This document shows, one piece after another, positions 35,605-44,134 of a DNA stretch of 64,000 bases. The position numbers and the translations under genes are program-made. Position 1 is the first letter of the stretch. Each line of letters begins with the position of its first letter. The notes under the pieces were generated by a model. That model had not been told where the DNA came from. It was given only the letters and a program-made list of their open reading frames with translations, and did no database searches. This DNA comes from a virus (Duplodnaviria; Caudoviricetes). Where the stretch lies: IMG/VR virus record IMGVR_UViG_3300044695_006401. One strand, 5' to 3'.

Positions 35605-35889
35605 TTATATTTTTTTATAAAAATCTCTTCTTTCTACTACGCATAACACACGGAAGTTATAAGGAAACAAATTTTCCATACTGTATCTTATCTCCTCACA
35701 AACAGTTTTACTATTTGGTTGTATGTCTCTTCTATGTCTTATGTAGTCTAAGTAATTTTCACTCTTAATATTAATCGTATACAAATCAAAAAACTCACAA
35801 AACTCTATTTTAACCTCATCACATGGTAATGGGTTTACAAACTTGAAGTAATCTAATATAAGTTTTTCTATTTTATCTCGGTCTTTCAT
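35605..35889 (-). CDS. Small hypothetical protein
   Basis: Likely start MKDRDKIEKLILDY. Confidence 0.65.
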   Translation of the reverse strand: MKDRDKIEKLILDYFKFVNPLPCDEVKIEFCEFFDLYTINIKSENYLDYIRHRRDIQPNSKTVCEEIRYSMENLFPYNFRVLCVVERRDFYKKI

Positions 35890-36142
35890 GTCTTGACTTT
35901 GATAGTTTTGCAAAATTTGGTTTGACATAAACAAATACCGTATACTCCACATCTGATGGTAGAAATGTTTTTAGTTTGTTCCTTATTCTTTCTGTCATAT
36001 GCATTTGTTTAAATGCCAATGTATCTATAGATGTCACTTTGGTTGAATCTATTTCACTATTGACATGATACACCCCTTCCACAAGTGTTACTTTTACTTG
36101 TGGTTCATCAAGTACTGAAATAATATATTGTTCTAAACCCAT
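35873..36142 (-). CDS. Small hypothetical protein
   Basis: Likely start MGLEQYI. Confidence 0.65.
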   Translation of the reverse strand: MGLEQYIISVLDEPQVKVTLVEGVYHVNSEIDSTKVTSIDTLAFKQMHMTERIRNKLKTFLPSDVEYTVFVYVKPNFAKLSKSRHERPR

Positions 36143-36417
36143 AATGATGTGGTTGGATAAATGGTTTGATATGTGATACGACAATCGTCTAGTGTTAAAT
36201 TAAAATACTTTTTTAATTGATGGTAAAGTCCATACCTATCTATTCCTTTATTGATTGTGTTATATAATCCGTCGTGTTCATCTAAGTATACTAATATATG
36301 TATACTGTAGAAATAAGGTTTTTTACCGTTTGTTTGAACTTGGACGGTAATATCATCCCTGTGTGAGAGGTGATCATATACAAATGAAATAAGTGCGTTT
36401 GATAAGTCCTTTACCAT
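36133..36417 (-). CDS. Early protein, paralog of 37609-37875
   Basis: MVKDLS...HLSHRDDI.VQV...DGLY.TINKGIDR; TATATTTG at 36425-36432. Confidence 0.8.
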   Translation of the reverse strand: MVKDLSNALISFVYDHLSHRDDITVQVQTNGKKPYFYSIHILVYLDEHDGLYNTINKGIDRYGLYHQLKKYFNLTLDDCRITYQTIYPTTSLWV

Positions 36418-36450
36418 CTTCAGGCAAATATAAGAAAAAAATTTGATTAA

Positions 36451-36870
36451 TTACATATAATCCAAATAATCATCGTTGATTTGTGACATTTCATCAACTA
36501 AACTGAAAATTTCCTCATCAGATAAAACTGAAAGTCTTTCGAAACTTCCAGCAACTACTCTACCTATTGAATCTACTTCATTTACTCCTATTGTAACTAC
36601 ACCATAAGATAAATAAAATGAATCTACTATTTTATTTGGTGATATTTGTATAGATAGATCCCAACCTATTTCATCTTTTTCTAAAAAGTCTTTTATGTAT
36701 CTCTCAAAGACTTCTCTTGGTAGTTCTCCTGTCTTTGTATAGATTTGTGGAAGAGATAGTCCTGTCATCTTCATAAATTCATATAAACCATGTTGGTTTA
36801 AGAGTGTAAGTAATGATTGTTTTTGACTCTCTTCTCTGAGTACTTTTCTTATGTTTTCTTGTAGTTTCAT
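36451..36870 (-). CDS. Leader-bearing protein homologous to the C-terminal module of the 904-aa protein
   Basis: MKLQENIRKVLREE; QSLLTLLNQHGLYEFMKMTGL vs QSLQKLIDQHGLYDFIKMTGL. Confidence 0.8.
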   Translation of the reverse strand: MKLQENIRKVLREESQKQSLLTLLNQHGLYEFMKMTGLSLPQIYTKTGELPREVFERYIKDFLEKDEIGWDLSIQISPNKIVDSFYLSYGVVTIGVNEVDSIGRVVAGSFERLSVLSDEEIFSLVDEMSQINDDYLDYM

Positions 36871-37301
36871 TACTTTTTCTTCTTCACACAATTGGGATAA
36901 CGTTTACCAAACATAGTCTTCATACCTTTTTGAGTATATCCTTTCCAACATCTTTCTGTTAGTTCACCCTCTTTCATTTCTTGTTGACTTCTTCCTTTTT
37001 TATAATTTTGACAGTCCTGACCATCTGAAACGGAAACATATATTGCTTTTAACGGGATATAATTATTAAGATATTCTTGAAGTTCCTCACGATAAGATGA
37101 CTTAAGTTGTTCTTCAACTATCAAAATAACTAAATATTGGTCTTCAAAAGATTCTAACGCACTAACAACTAATGTACATATATTAAAATTAACATAATCA
37201 AGGATAAGATTTTTAATTAACTTTGAATACTTGTCATCAGAAATTTTATAATATGTCTCTTCCTTTAGTATCTTTCTTATATGTTCTTGTAGGTTCATCA
37301 T
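36870..37301 (-). CDS. Leader-bearing protein with C-terminal CWKGY...PNCV micro-domain
   Basis: MNLQEHIRKILKEE; LTERCWKGYTQKGMKTMFGKRYPNCVKKKK. Confidence 0.8.
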   Translation of the reverse strand: MMNLQEHIRKILKEETYYKISDDKYSKLIKNLILDYVNFNICTLVVSALESFEDQYLVILIVEEQLKSSYREELQEYLNNYIPLKAIYVSVSDGQDCQNYKKGRSQQEMKEGELTERCWKGYTQKGMKTMFGKRYPNCVKKKK

Positions 37302-37597
37302 AACTTTTCTTTTACATAATCCACCAATGGCTTCTCAAACATAATATATGAATCCCAATATTCTTGTTCAGACGAACTAAGAAATCTAAAATTCTTACTG
37401 GATGCAATAAATTGTCTTACGGTATCGTATATTGCGTCGGTTCTATCATAACCCGAATCAATTAAACCTTTCACATCATCAACCAAGTCATCTAATTTTT
37501 CTATTGTCACCCTTCTTATAATGTATGTCGGTAGATGAGACTCATTAATAACCCCCATCATTGATTTCATTCTTGATATTTGTTCTTGTAGGTTCAT
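37298..37597 (-). CDS. Leader-bearing small protein
   Basis: MNLQEQISRMKSMMGVINE. Confidence 0.8.
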   Translation of the reverse strand: MNLQEQISRMKSMMGVINESHLPTYIIRRVTIEKLDDLVDDVKGLIDSGYDRTDAIYDTVRQFIASSKNFRFLSSSEQEYWDSYIMFEKPLVDYVKEKL

Positions 37598-37608
37598 AAT
37601 AATAAATA

Positions 37609-37875
37609 TTACTCAGTTTGGTATTCGCTAACTTGAGTGTAAATCATACAACTATCCCAATCCAAATTAAAATACCCTTTAATTCCATTCATTAAATCAC
37701 CTCTGTCGATACCTTTGTTGATTGTGGCATAAAGTCCGTCGGTTGGTTTTACATATATAACTATGTGGACTTTATATCTTGTTGGTGATTTTACTACTTG
37801 CACCAAAATATCATCTCTGTGTGATAGATGAGTATATACATATTGTTCTATTACTTTTGATAAATCTTTTACCAT
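37609..37875 (-). CDS. Early protein, paralog of 36133-36417
   Basis: Shared motifs; TATATTTG at 37884-37891. Confidence 0.8.
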   Translation of the reverse strand: MVKDLSKVIEQYVYTHLSHRDDILVQVVKSPTRYKVHIVIYVKPTDGLYATINKGIDRGDLMNGIKGYFNLDWDSCMIYTQVSEYQTE

Positions 37876-37905
37876 ATCAAAAGCAAATATAATAAAATTA
37901 TTTGA

Positions 37906-40620
37906 CTAATCCCAATAACCACCTTCTATTACTTCCATCATCCAAGAAAGAATTGATAGTAACTCGTCATTAGTTAGGGTAATAATTGATGTTAGATATT
38001 GGTCTTTTTGTTCTCTATGTCCATATTCATCAAGATGATACTCCCATATCTCAACAGCACTTTGACCACTGTCTTGTACTAATATATCGTTAACATACTT
38101 AGTATCACTCAATGGTAAATTTAACGCAAAAAGTGAACCATAATTGTCACCACTCATCCCATCATGTTCTAAAACAAATTCTCTTATATATTGTTTTAAT
38201 ATTTCTTTGGGGTTATCTACTTTACTTAATAATGTTTTTACTTGATTAAAGTCTAACCCTGTCATCTTTATGAAATCATATAAACCGTGTTGGTCTATAA
38301 GTTTTTGTAATGATTGTTCTTTATTATCAGATTCATTTATATTTTTGTCCCACCATCTTTTCTCACCACATTTTGGTGTTGAGTATGAACCAACATAGAA
38401 ATTATCTATTGGGATGTAACCTTTGATTGTTTCTTTAATATCAAGTCTTATTTTTTTAACATAATGGTTTCTTCCTACCTCAGCAAAAAACTTCTCTTTA
38501 AGGTCAAATAAACCAATCTCAACATCAATTAAATACATATCGTCTTCTTCATTATACAAAACTCTAATATCACAAACACAATCTTCATTTTTAAATGGTT
38601 CCACAATATCTTTGATGATGTCTAAATACTTTGGTTGTTTTTCTTCTGACTCGTTTATCTCATTTCCGTCATCGTCATATTCAATTTTTTCAACATCAAT
38701 AAAAAAGTCAGCGTTCTTTCTTTTATAGTGCCATACTGGTGCCCACCATGAACATAAAATAATATTTCCACCTGTCATTTCATCAATCTTATCTTCTATA
38801 ACTTCTTCAAACCAACTGTCGTAGTTTGCTGCAGTATCATCTACATCGTGATAGATTTTAATTAAAGGTTTTCCGTATATTTCATCAATTTCAATATATT
38901 CAACCTCATCAAATAACTGAAGAATCATTTGTTTAACCAAATCAAGTTTTTTATCTTCTGATTCCATTAAATCATTCTTTAATGAATCTTCCCTTAATAT
39001 ACTTCTTATGGATTCTTGTAATCTATTAGGTGAATCTTCAGGCCACGAATTTAAAACATCTTCACTACTTCCTGTTCCTTCATATTTTAGGGTTATCGCC
39101 TCTTTTGGAATATCTTGAAATGTTACAATATGTTTTGACCTTGACTCAAAATGTCTATCTTTAAACCATTTAACATAAGGAATCATTGTTGTGTCAATAA
39201 ACCAAATATCATCGTCGTATGTTGAATCAAACCATGCTCTTTTGTTTGTTGAGTTGGTTGCAAAAATTGCTGGTTTACATTTAACCCCATAACCTACATA
39301 TACTTTATAACATTCTCCCGCTCTTACTTTAAGACCGTTTTCCATTATCTTATCTCTGTACATTGGATTGGACTTATGGACAACAATATGATTGGGTGTT
39401 ATTTCTTTACCCGCAGGACTATAATCTTTGTCTTCTGATTCACTTTCTCTCAGATAGATATTTTCTTTATCTTCACACTTTGGTGTTTGTAACATATCAA
39501 CATAAATTACTACTCCTGTATAGGTTGCAATTTCTTTTGTAATGGCATCTAAGACCTCATTATACATGTTTCTTACAGCTTGGGTCACTGGCCAATATTC
39601 TGTTCCGTAACCTCCAATAAATAAAACTGTAACTTGAGGTATATTGAAAAAATCTTCATTTAATGTGATTTCATAAGAACAAATAAGATGACCATATTCA
39701 GGAAGTATCATATCTTCCATTATCATTTTTATTATTTTGAAAAGTCTTTGTGTGTCCTTTTCATTTCTGTTTGAACTCTCGTTCATGAACTTAACCTCAT
39801 CGTCACAACTATCCACATACCACGGTGTGTAGATATACACTTTGATTCCCATAGACTTTATTGAGTCCTCTAAAGAATTAAGTTCTTTTTCTATTTCAGT
39901 AATTGAGGTCGCCAAATCATCTGTTGAGAGAGTTTTTGATCGTATTTCATATTCTTTATCATCAGGATTATATTCTGCCCATATATCACAAAGCCCGTCC
40001 CAACTAACTAAAGATAACAATACATTTATTGCCCTTAGATTTTTGTCAGTTTCACGATTATCACTTTCGTTTAAACTTTCAGACTCACCATAAAGTTTGT
40101 TGTGTATTCTTTTCACATCTTCTTTTGAAAAAGGGAATTCTTCATCATGTATATCGACATCTTTGCCGTTTATTTGTCTAACATCAAAATAACCAGAACT
40201 TTTAATTTCAGGTAAGTTGGTTTCTATCTTTCCTACAGTATTGTCATTTTGAATTGTGGCAAGGATGGTTATTAGTTTCTTTTTTTCTGCTGAAGTTAAT
40301 TTACTGTCATCATAAATAAGATTTAATTCAGGCCAAGAATGTGTGCCCCATATATTTTTTTTAATACCAATTATTTCATATTCAATCGGGAATACAACAA
40401 ATCTAGGATCTCCCCAAGCGTCGTGATATTCGAAATCAACAACACCTGTTAATTGATTTAACATTTCAGAAAGTTCAAGGTCATCTTTGAAAATACTTTT
40501 AAGATTATCCAGTCCCCCAACCATTTCAGCAGCATCAAAGATATTATTATCTTCAATAAATTGTTTCATCTCTTGTTGGAGTCTATTTTCTTTTAAGATA
40601 TGTCTAATCAGTTCTTTCAT
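37906..40620 (-). CDS. 904-aa modular polyprotein-like protein containing an ART/KptA-like module
   Basis: MKELIRHILKE leader; junctions LNES, MNES, LRES, LQESIRSILRE, LMES, INES x2; modules match stand-alone neighbours. Confidence 0.8.
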   Translation of the reverse strand: MKELIRHILKENRLQQEMKQFIEDNNIFDAAEMVGGLDNLKSIFKDDLELSEMLNQLTGVVDFEYHDAWGDPRFVVFPIEYEIIGIKKNIWGTHSWPELNLIYDDSKLTSAEKKKLITILATIQNDNTVGKIETNLPEIKSSGYFDVRQINGKDVDIHDEEFPFSKEDVKRIHNKLYGESESLNESDNRETDKNLRAINVLLSLVSWDGLCDIWAEYNPDDKEYEIRSKTLSTDDLATSITEIEKELNSLEDSIKSMGIKVYIYTPWYVDSCDDEVKFMNESSNRNEKDTQRLFKIIKMIMEDMILPEYGHLICSYEITLNEDFFNIPQVTVLFIGGYGTEYWPVTQAVRNMYNEVLDAITKEIATYTGVVIYVDMLQTPKCEDKENIYLRESESEDKDYSPAGKEITPNHIVVHKSNPMYRDKIMENGLKVRAGECYKVYVGYGVKCKPAIFATNSTNKRAWFDSTYDDDIWFIDTTMIPYVKWFKDRHFESRSKHIVTFQDIPKEAITLKYEGTGSSEDVLNSWPEDSPNRLQESIRSILREDSLKNDLMESEDKKLDLVKQMILQLFDEVEYIEIDEIYGKPLIKIYHDVDDTAANYDSWFEEVIEDKIDEMTGGNIILCSWWAPVWHYKRKNADFFIDVEKIEYDDDGNEINESEEKQPKYLDIIKDIVEPFKNEDCVCDIRVLYNEEDDMYLIDVEIGLFDLKEKFFAEVGRNHYVKKIRLDIKETIKGYIPIDNFYVGSYSTPKCGEKRWWDKNINESDNKEQSLQKLIDQHGLYDFIKMTGLDFNQVKTLLSKVDNPKEILKQYIREFVLEHDGMSGDNYGSLFALNLPLSDTKYVNDILVQDSGQSAVEIWEYHLDEYGHREQKDQYLTSIITLTNDELLSILSWMMEVIEGGYWD

Positions 40621-41246
40621 TCTCCTTTTAATCTTCTGTATTCAGCACCATTAAGTTGTTCTAAATAAGTTTGTTCAATCCATCCTGGTAATCTTTCTTC
40701 CCACCACAATATATCGTTCATTTTATATTTTCCTGTTTTAAGAATATGTTCTATCATTTCTTCCTCAGTTACATCATCAGGTTTTGTTATCGGCGGAAAA
40801 CAAATATCACCGTCGTAATTAGTTATATAAAGTTCGGAAATGTAGATATCATTTCTACCCATCTTTTTTTGAATTTCACCTAAATAAGTATCATCAAACC
40901 ATTCTTCAAGTAGGTATCTTAAATAACTTACTCTCACAGGAATATCTGTGGATAAGTCATCAAATACATTTTTTGGAACACTCATTAAACCCCTATTAAA
41001 ACTCATTTCTTCAGTTTTTTTATTGTCGTCATCATTACCAAAATATAAAACAACATCCAATATTTCTCTTCCGTTTTTACAAAAATCAAAACTATGTGTT
41101 GATTCATAAGATTTTTTATGGTACATCTCAACACCATCAAAATAATCATTCAACCATCTGTAGATAAGTTGCTCTACCTTTGGTGTAGGTTTATCATATT
41201 TTCTACTAACCTCTTCTTTTAATATGTGTCTAATTAATTCTTTCAT
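40617..41246 (-). CDS. Leader-bearing hypothetical protein
   Basis: MKELIRHILKEE. Confidence 0.8.
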   Translation of the reverse strand: MKELIRHILKEEVSRKYDKPTPKVEQLIYRWLNDYFDGVEMYHKKSYESTHSFDFCKNGREILDVVLYFGNDDDNKKTEEMSFNRGLMSVPKNVFDDLSTDIPVRVSYLRYLLEEWFDDTYLGEIQKKMGRNDIYISELYITNYDGDICFPPITKPDDVTEEEMIEHILKTGKYKMNDILWWEERLPGWIEQTYLEQLNGAEYRRLKGE

Positions 41247-41569
41247 TACATTACTTCGTATAAAAACTTTTTAATAGTTCTAACAACTTTTTGTCTATAT
41301 GGGTCATTCTCGTTTGTGAAGATACTCATTGGTTCAGTAACATTGTTTTCAATAAGCATATTCAAAATACGTCTTACTTGTCTTTTTTTATTATCCCACA
41401 TAGATACACCATAATATTCATCACCTACCTTAAAATATATCTCTTTAAACTTACTTCCTCCTTCAATGTTAATCTCATTAATTTCATATCTTCTTCTTAG
41501 GAAGTTATAAACTTTTTGGTCAATCTCTTCAGATTCTTCTTTCAATATGTTTCTAATTAAATCTTTCAT
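41246..41569 (-). CDS. Leader-bearing small protein
   Basis: MKDLIRNILKEE. Confidence 0.8.
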   Translation of the reverse strand: MKDLIRNILKEESEEIDQKVYNFLRRRYEINEINIEGGSKFKEIYFKVGDEYYGVSMWDNKKRQVRRILNMLIENNVTEPMSIFTNENDPYRQKVVRTIKKFLYEVM

Positions 41570-41937
41570 CTGAACTTAAAATATTCAATATCTAATTGTT
41601 TAATATCACCCCAAGTATCTTTAATAACCATTTCTTTTGGTATCATATCATAGATGTCGTTTAATTGGTTTTTAAATACATTTTCACCTTTACCTACTAT
41701 CTCAAACTTCATTGGAAACTCAAGGTATTCCTTTAACGAGTGGTAAATAAGATTCAACTTTCCTTTGAGTGAGTCAATTAATGTTACATACTCAGGTTCG
41801 TTTTTGAGTATTTGTTTTAGGTTATCTAAACCACCAACAAACTTAGCGGCAACAAAAATATCCTCATCTTTAATTAGATCGAGGATGTCAGTCTGCACTT
41901 TAGACTCTCTTAAGATATGTCTAATTAGTTGTCTCAT
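41566..41937 (-). CDS. Leader-bearing chimeric protein
   Basis: MRQLIRHILRES; N-half like module 1 of the 904-aa protein (VGGLDNLK), C-end like 41921-42376 (MIP..M). Confidence 0.75.
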   Translation of the reverse strand: MRQLIRHILRESKVQTDILDLIKDEDIFVAAKFVGGLDNLKQILKNEPEYVTLIDSLKGKLNLIYHSLKEYLEFPMKFEIVGKGENVFKNQLNDIYDMIPKEMVIKDTWGDIKQLDIEYFKFR

Positions 41938-42376
41938 CAACAAAAGTAAAATTATCAATCATTGGTTCTTTATAATCATCTGAAAAACCACCATATCCTA
42001 TCATCTTCATATCTTCAGGGATATATTTATACATTTCTCGTAACTCTTCATTCATTTTTAAAGCCTCATCTACCCCTTCATTATCATATCTTCCCTTGAA
42101 TGGGGATAATGGTGTCACAAGGGCCTTATCTAAATAAAAAATTTTTTCATATCGGGGTTCTAAACCATAAAATTCTTTTACCATTTCATAGTCAACATAG
42201 AGGTTGATGTAAATTATCATCTTGTATGTTTCTAATTCATCTGACAATTCCCATCCTAATATAAATGGGTATTGTTGTTTTAGTGTATTAACTACAATAC
42301 CGATCCCTTTTAGAATTTTTGGTTCTTCAACTTCTTCAGTAAGAATTTGCTTTATTAAATTTCTATTAATCTTCAT
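41921..42376 (-). CDS. Leader-bearing hypothetical protein
   Basis: NLIKQILTEE; KGIGIVVNTLKQQYPFILGWEL. Confidence 0.8.
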   Translation of the reverse strand: MKINRNLIKQILTEEVEEPKILKGIGIVVNTLKQQYPFILGWELSDELETYKMIIYINLYVDYEMVKEFYGLEPRYEKIFYLDKALVTPLSPFKGRYDNEGVDEALKMNEELREMYKYIPEDMKMIGYGGFSDDYKEPMIDNFTFVDETTN

Positions 42377-42794
42377 CGTATTCTTCTTGTCTAAATGCGT
42401 ATGTCATTTTTAATATAAATTGGTTGTCGGAACTCCACTCACAACCAATAAAATACCACATCAAGTTATTATATTTACCCGTATTTCTACCAAAAGAACC
42501 ATTATCTTTAAATGAATATTTAAGTAAAACTTTATCTAATTCACCATCAATTCTACGCAATTGCTGAGTGAACTCAAAAAGGTCAGGATCTTCATTCCAA
42601 GATGTTATAATAATGTCTCCCGCAATTTCAGTATATCTTTCATCAAAAGTAATATTTTGAACTTCAACCCCGTTGATAATGTTTGTATCCACAATACTTT
42701 CTACGATATAGGGAACAGATTCAGCTGACTTGATAAATCTTTCTCTCAAACCTTCTGTTTCCTCATTTAATATATTTTTGATTAAATTTTTCAT
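42366..42794 (-). CDS. Leader-bearing protein, paralog of 43679-44113
   Basis: MKNLIKNILNEE; L.ERF...YIVES...I.FD.RY..I. Confidence 0.8.
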   Translation of the reverse strand: MKNLIKNILNEETEGLRERFIKSAESVPYIVESIVDTNIINGVEVQNITFDERYTEIAGDIIITSWNEDPDLFEFTQQLRRIDGELDKVLLKYSFKDNGSFGRNTGKYNNLMWYFIGCEWSSDNQFILKMTYAFRQEEYDED

Positions 42795-43402
42795 TTTACT
42801 TTTTTACCGTATTTGAAGAACTTTTGCTGTATATTGATCGTTCCTTTACATCCACCCGATAGTTTTACTCCATTAGAATCGAAACATTTTGGCATAGTTT
42901 TATTGAAGTAATATACCAATTTTGGTTCTCCTGAGTTAACTGAATGCATACCAGCTAATTGACCATCAACCGCAGATTCACCTCCACCAGCACTTCCTCT
43001 ACTATCAAACTGTTCGTAGGTATAACCATCATTACTTTTTCCGATTGTGACTTCCCAATTTACTGTTAATGTATTGGGATCAATATTTACGGTAACTTTT
43101 TTAATATCTACCGCGTTTAAACCTTTTGTGTTTTTATATTCTTTGATGCCATTCTGAACTTTTGTGTTGATTCTACCACCAAATCCATCCGATCTTCTGC
43201 TTTGAAATGAGTGTAATGCGTCGTATGCTCTTGGTTGACCTTCAGCTGAGTAACTTCCACTAATTACCTCATCAAGGTTATTTACAGCATTATTAATTTT
43301 TTTTGATGCATTATTTAGTCCCTTAAGAGCATAATTTTTTAACTCGTTTTGCTCAACTAAAGTTACATATTCTTTCAGTACTTGTCTTATTAAATTTTTC
43401 AT
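42791..43402 (-). CDS. Leader-bearing hypothetical protein
   Basis: MKNLIRQVLKE; TATTTAT upstream. Confidence 0.8.
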   Translation of the reverse strand: MKNLIRQVLKEYVTLVEQNELKNYALKGLNNASKKINNAVNNLDEVISGSYSAEGQPRAYDALHSFQSRRSDGFGGRINTKVQNGIKEYKNTKGLNAVDIKKVTVNIDPNTLTVNWEVTIGKSNDGYTYEQFDSRGSAGGGESAVDGQLAGMHSVNSGEPKLVYYFNKTMPKCFDSNGVKLSGGCKGTINIQQKFFKYGKKVK

Positions 43403-43428
43403 ATCTTTATAAATATATTATTAGATTA

Positions 43429-43679
43429 TTATAGTCCACATTTAGACTTAACCACATTAAAGTTTTGTAATATCTATGTAAATGTTAAAGTCCAATTGAT
43501 TAATTGGTGATTATCATTTGCACCTCCTGTTGCCGCACCAAATCCCACCCAATGATAAAAGGATAATCTTGTTTAAGTATTTTCATAGCAATATCAAGAC
43601 CTTTTTTGGATGTTTGGCTATATTCCTTTCTTTCAGGACCTTCATATTCTTTTAATATGTTTCTAATCAACTCTTTCAT
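43429..43679 (-). pseudogene. Chimeric relic: truncated leader-bearing gene (43500-43679) joined to lectin-like and LamG-tail fragments
   Basis: MKELIRNILKE...KQDYPFIIGWDL then stop at 59 aa; alternative frame reads WVGFGAATGGANDNHQLINWTLTFT* ILQNFNVVKSKCGL*. Confidence 0.6.
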
Positions 43680-44113
43680 TATGCGTCGTATTCATCTTGA
43701 TTTACCCAAAACTCTAATGTTAAAACAAATGATTCCTCACCACCTGCCTGCCATTTCATACCAATTGGCAAACAACCTAACATCCAATCATTATCAGACC
43801 CTCTTCTGATTAAACCACCGTTTTCTGTAAAAGTATATTGTTGATTAATTTTATAAACTTCATTTTCTATACTATCTGCATGTCGACCGATTGAACCAAA
43901 ATCGTGGTCCTCAAAGTATGATTTAACCGTAAGTTTTGCTCGAATTTGAATATACTTTGGGTCAAATTCAATTTCACTTATCTCTACAGAATCTATCTCA
44001 GAAGAAATATTACTTTCAAAAATATATTCGAGTTTTTGCATAGAGTTTCTAAACCTTTGTTCTAACTCACCATCTTGTTCTTCTTTCAATATGTTTTTGA
44101 TAATGTCTTTCAT
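43679..44113 (-). CDS. Leader-bearing protein, paralog of 42366-42794
   Basis: MKDIIKNILKEE. Confidence 0.8.
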   Translation of the reverse strand: MKDIIKNILKEEQDGELEQRFRNSMQKLEYIFESNISSEIDSVEISEIEFDPKYIQIRAKLTVKSYFEDHDFGSIGRHADSIENEVYKINQQYTFTENGGLIRRGSDNDWMLGCLPIGMKWQAGGEESFVLTLEFWVNQDEYDA

Positions 44114-44134
44114 TTTTTATAAATAGTTTAATAA

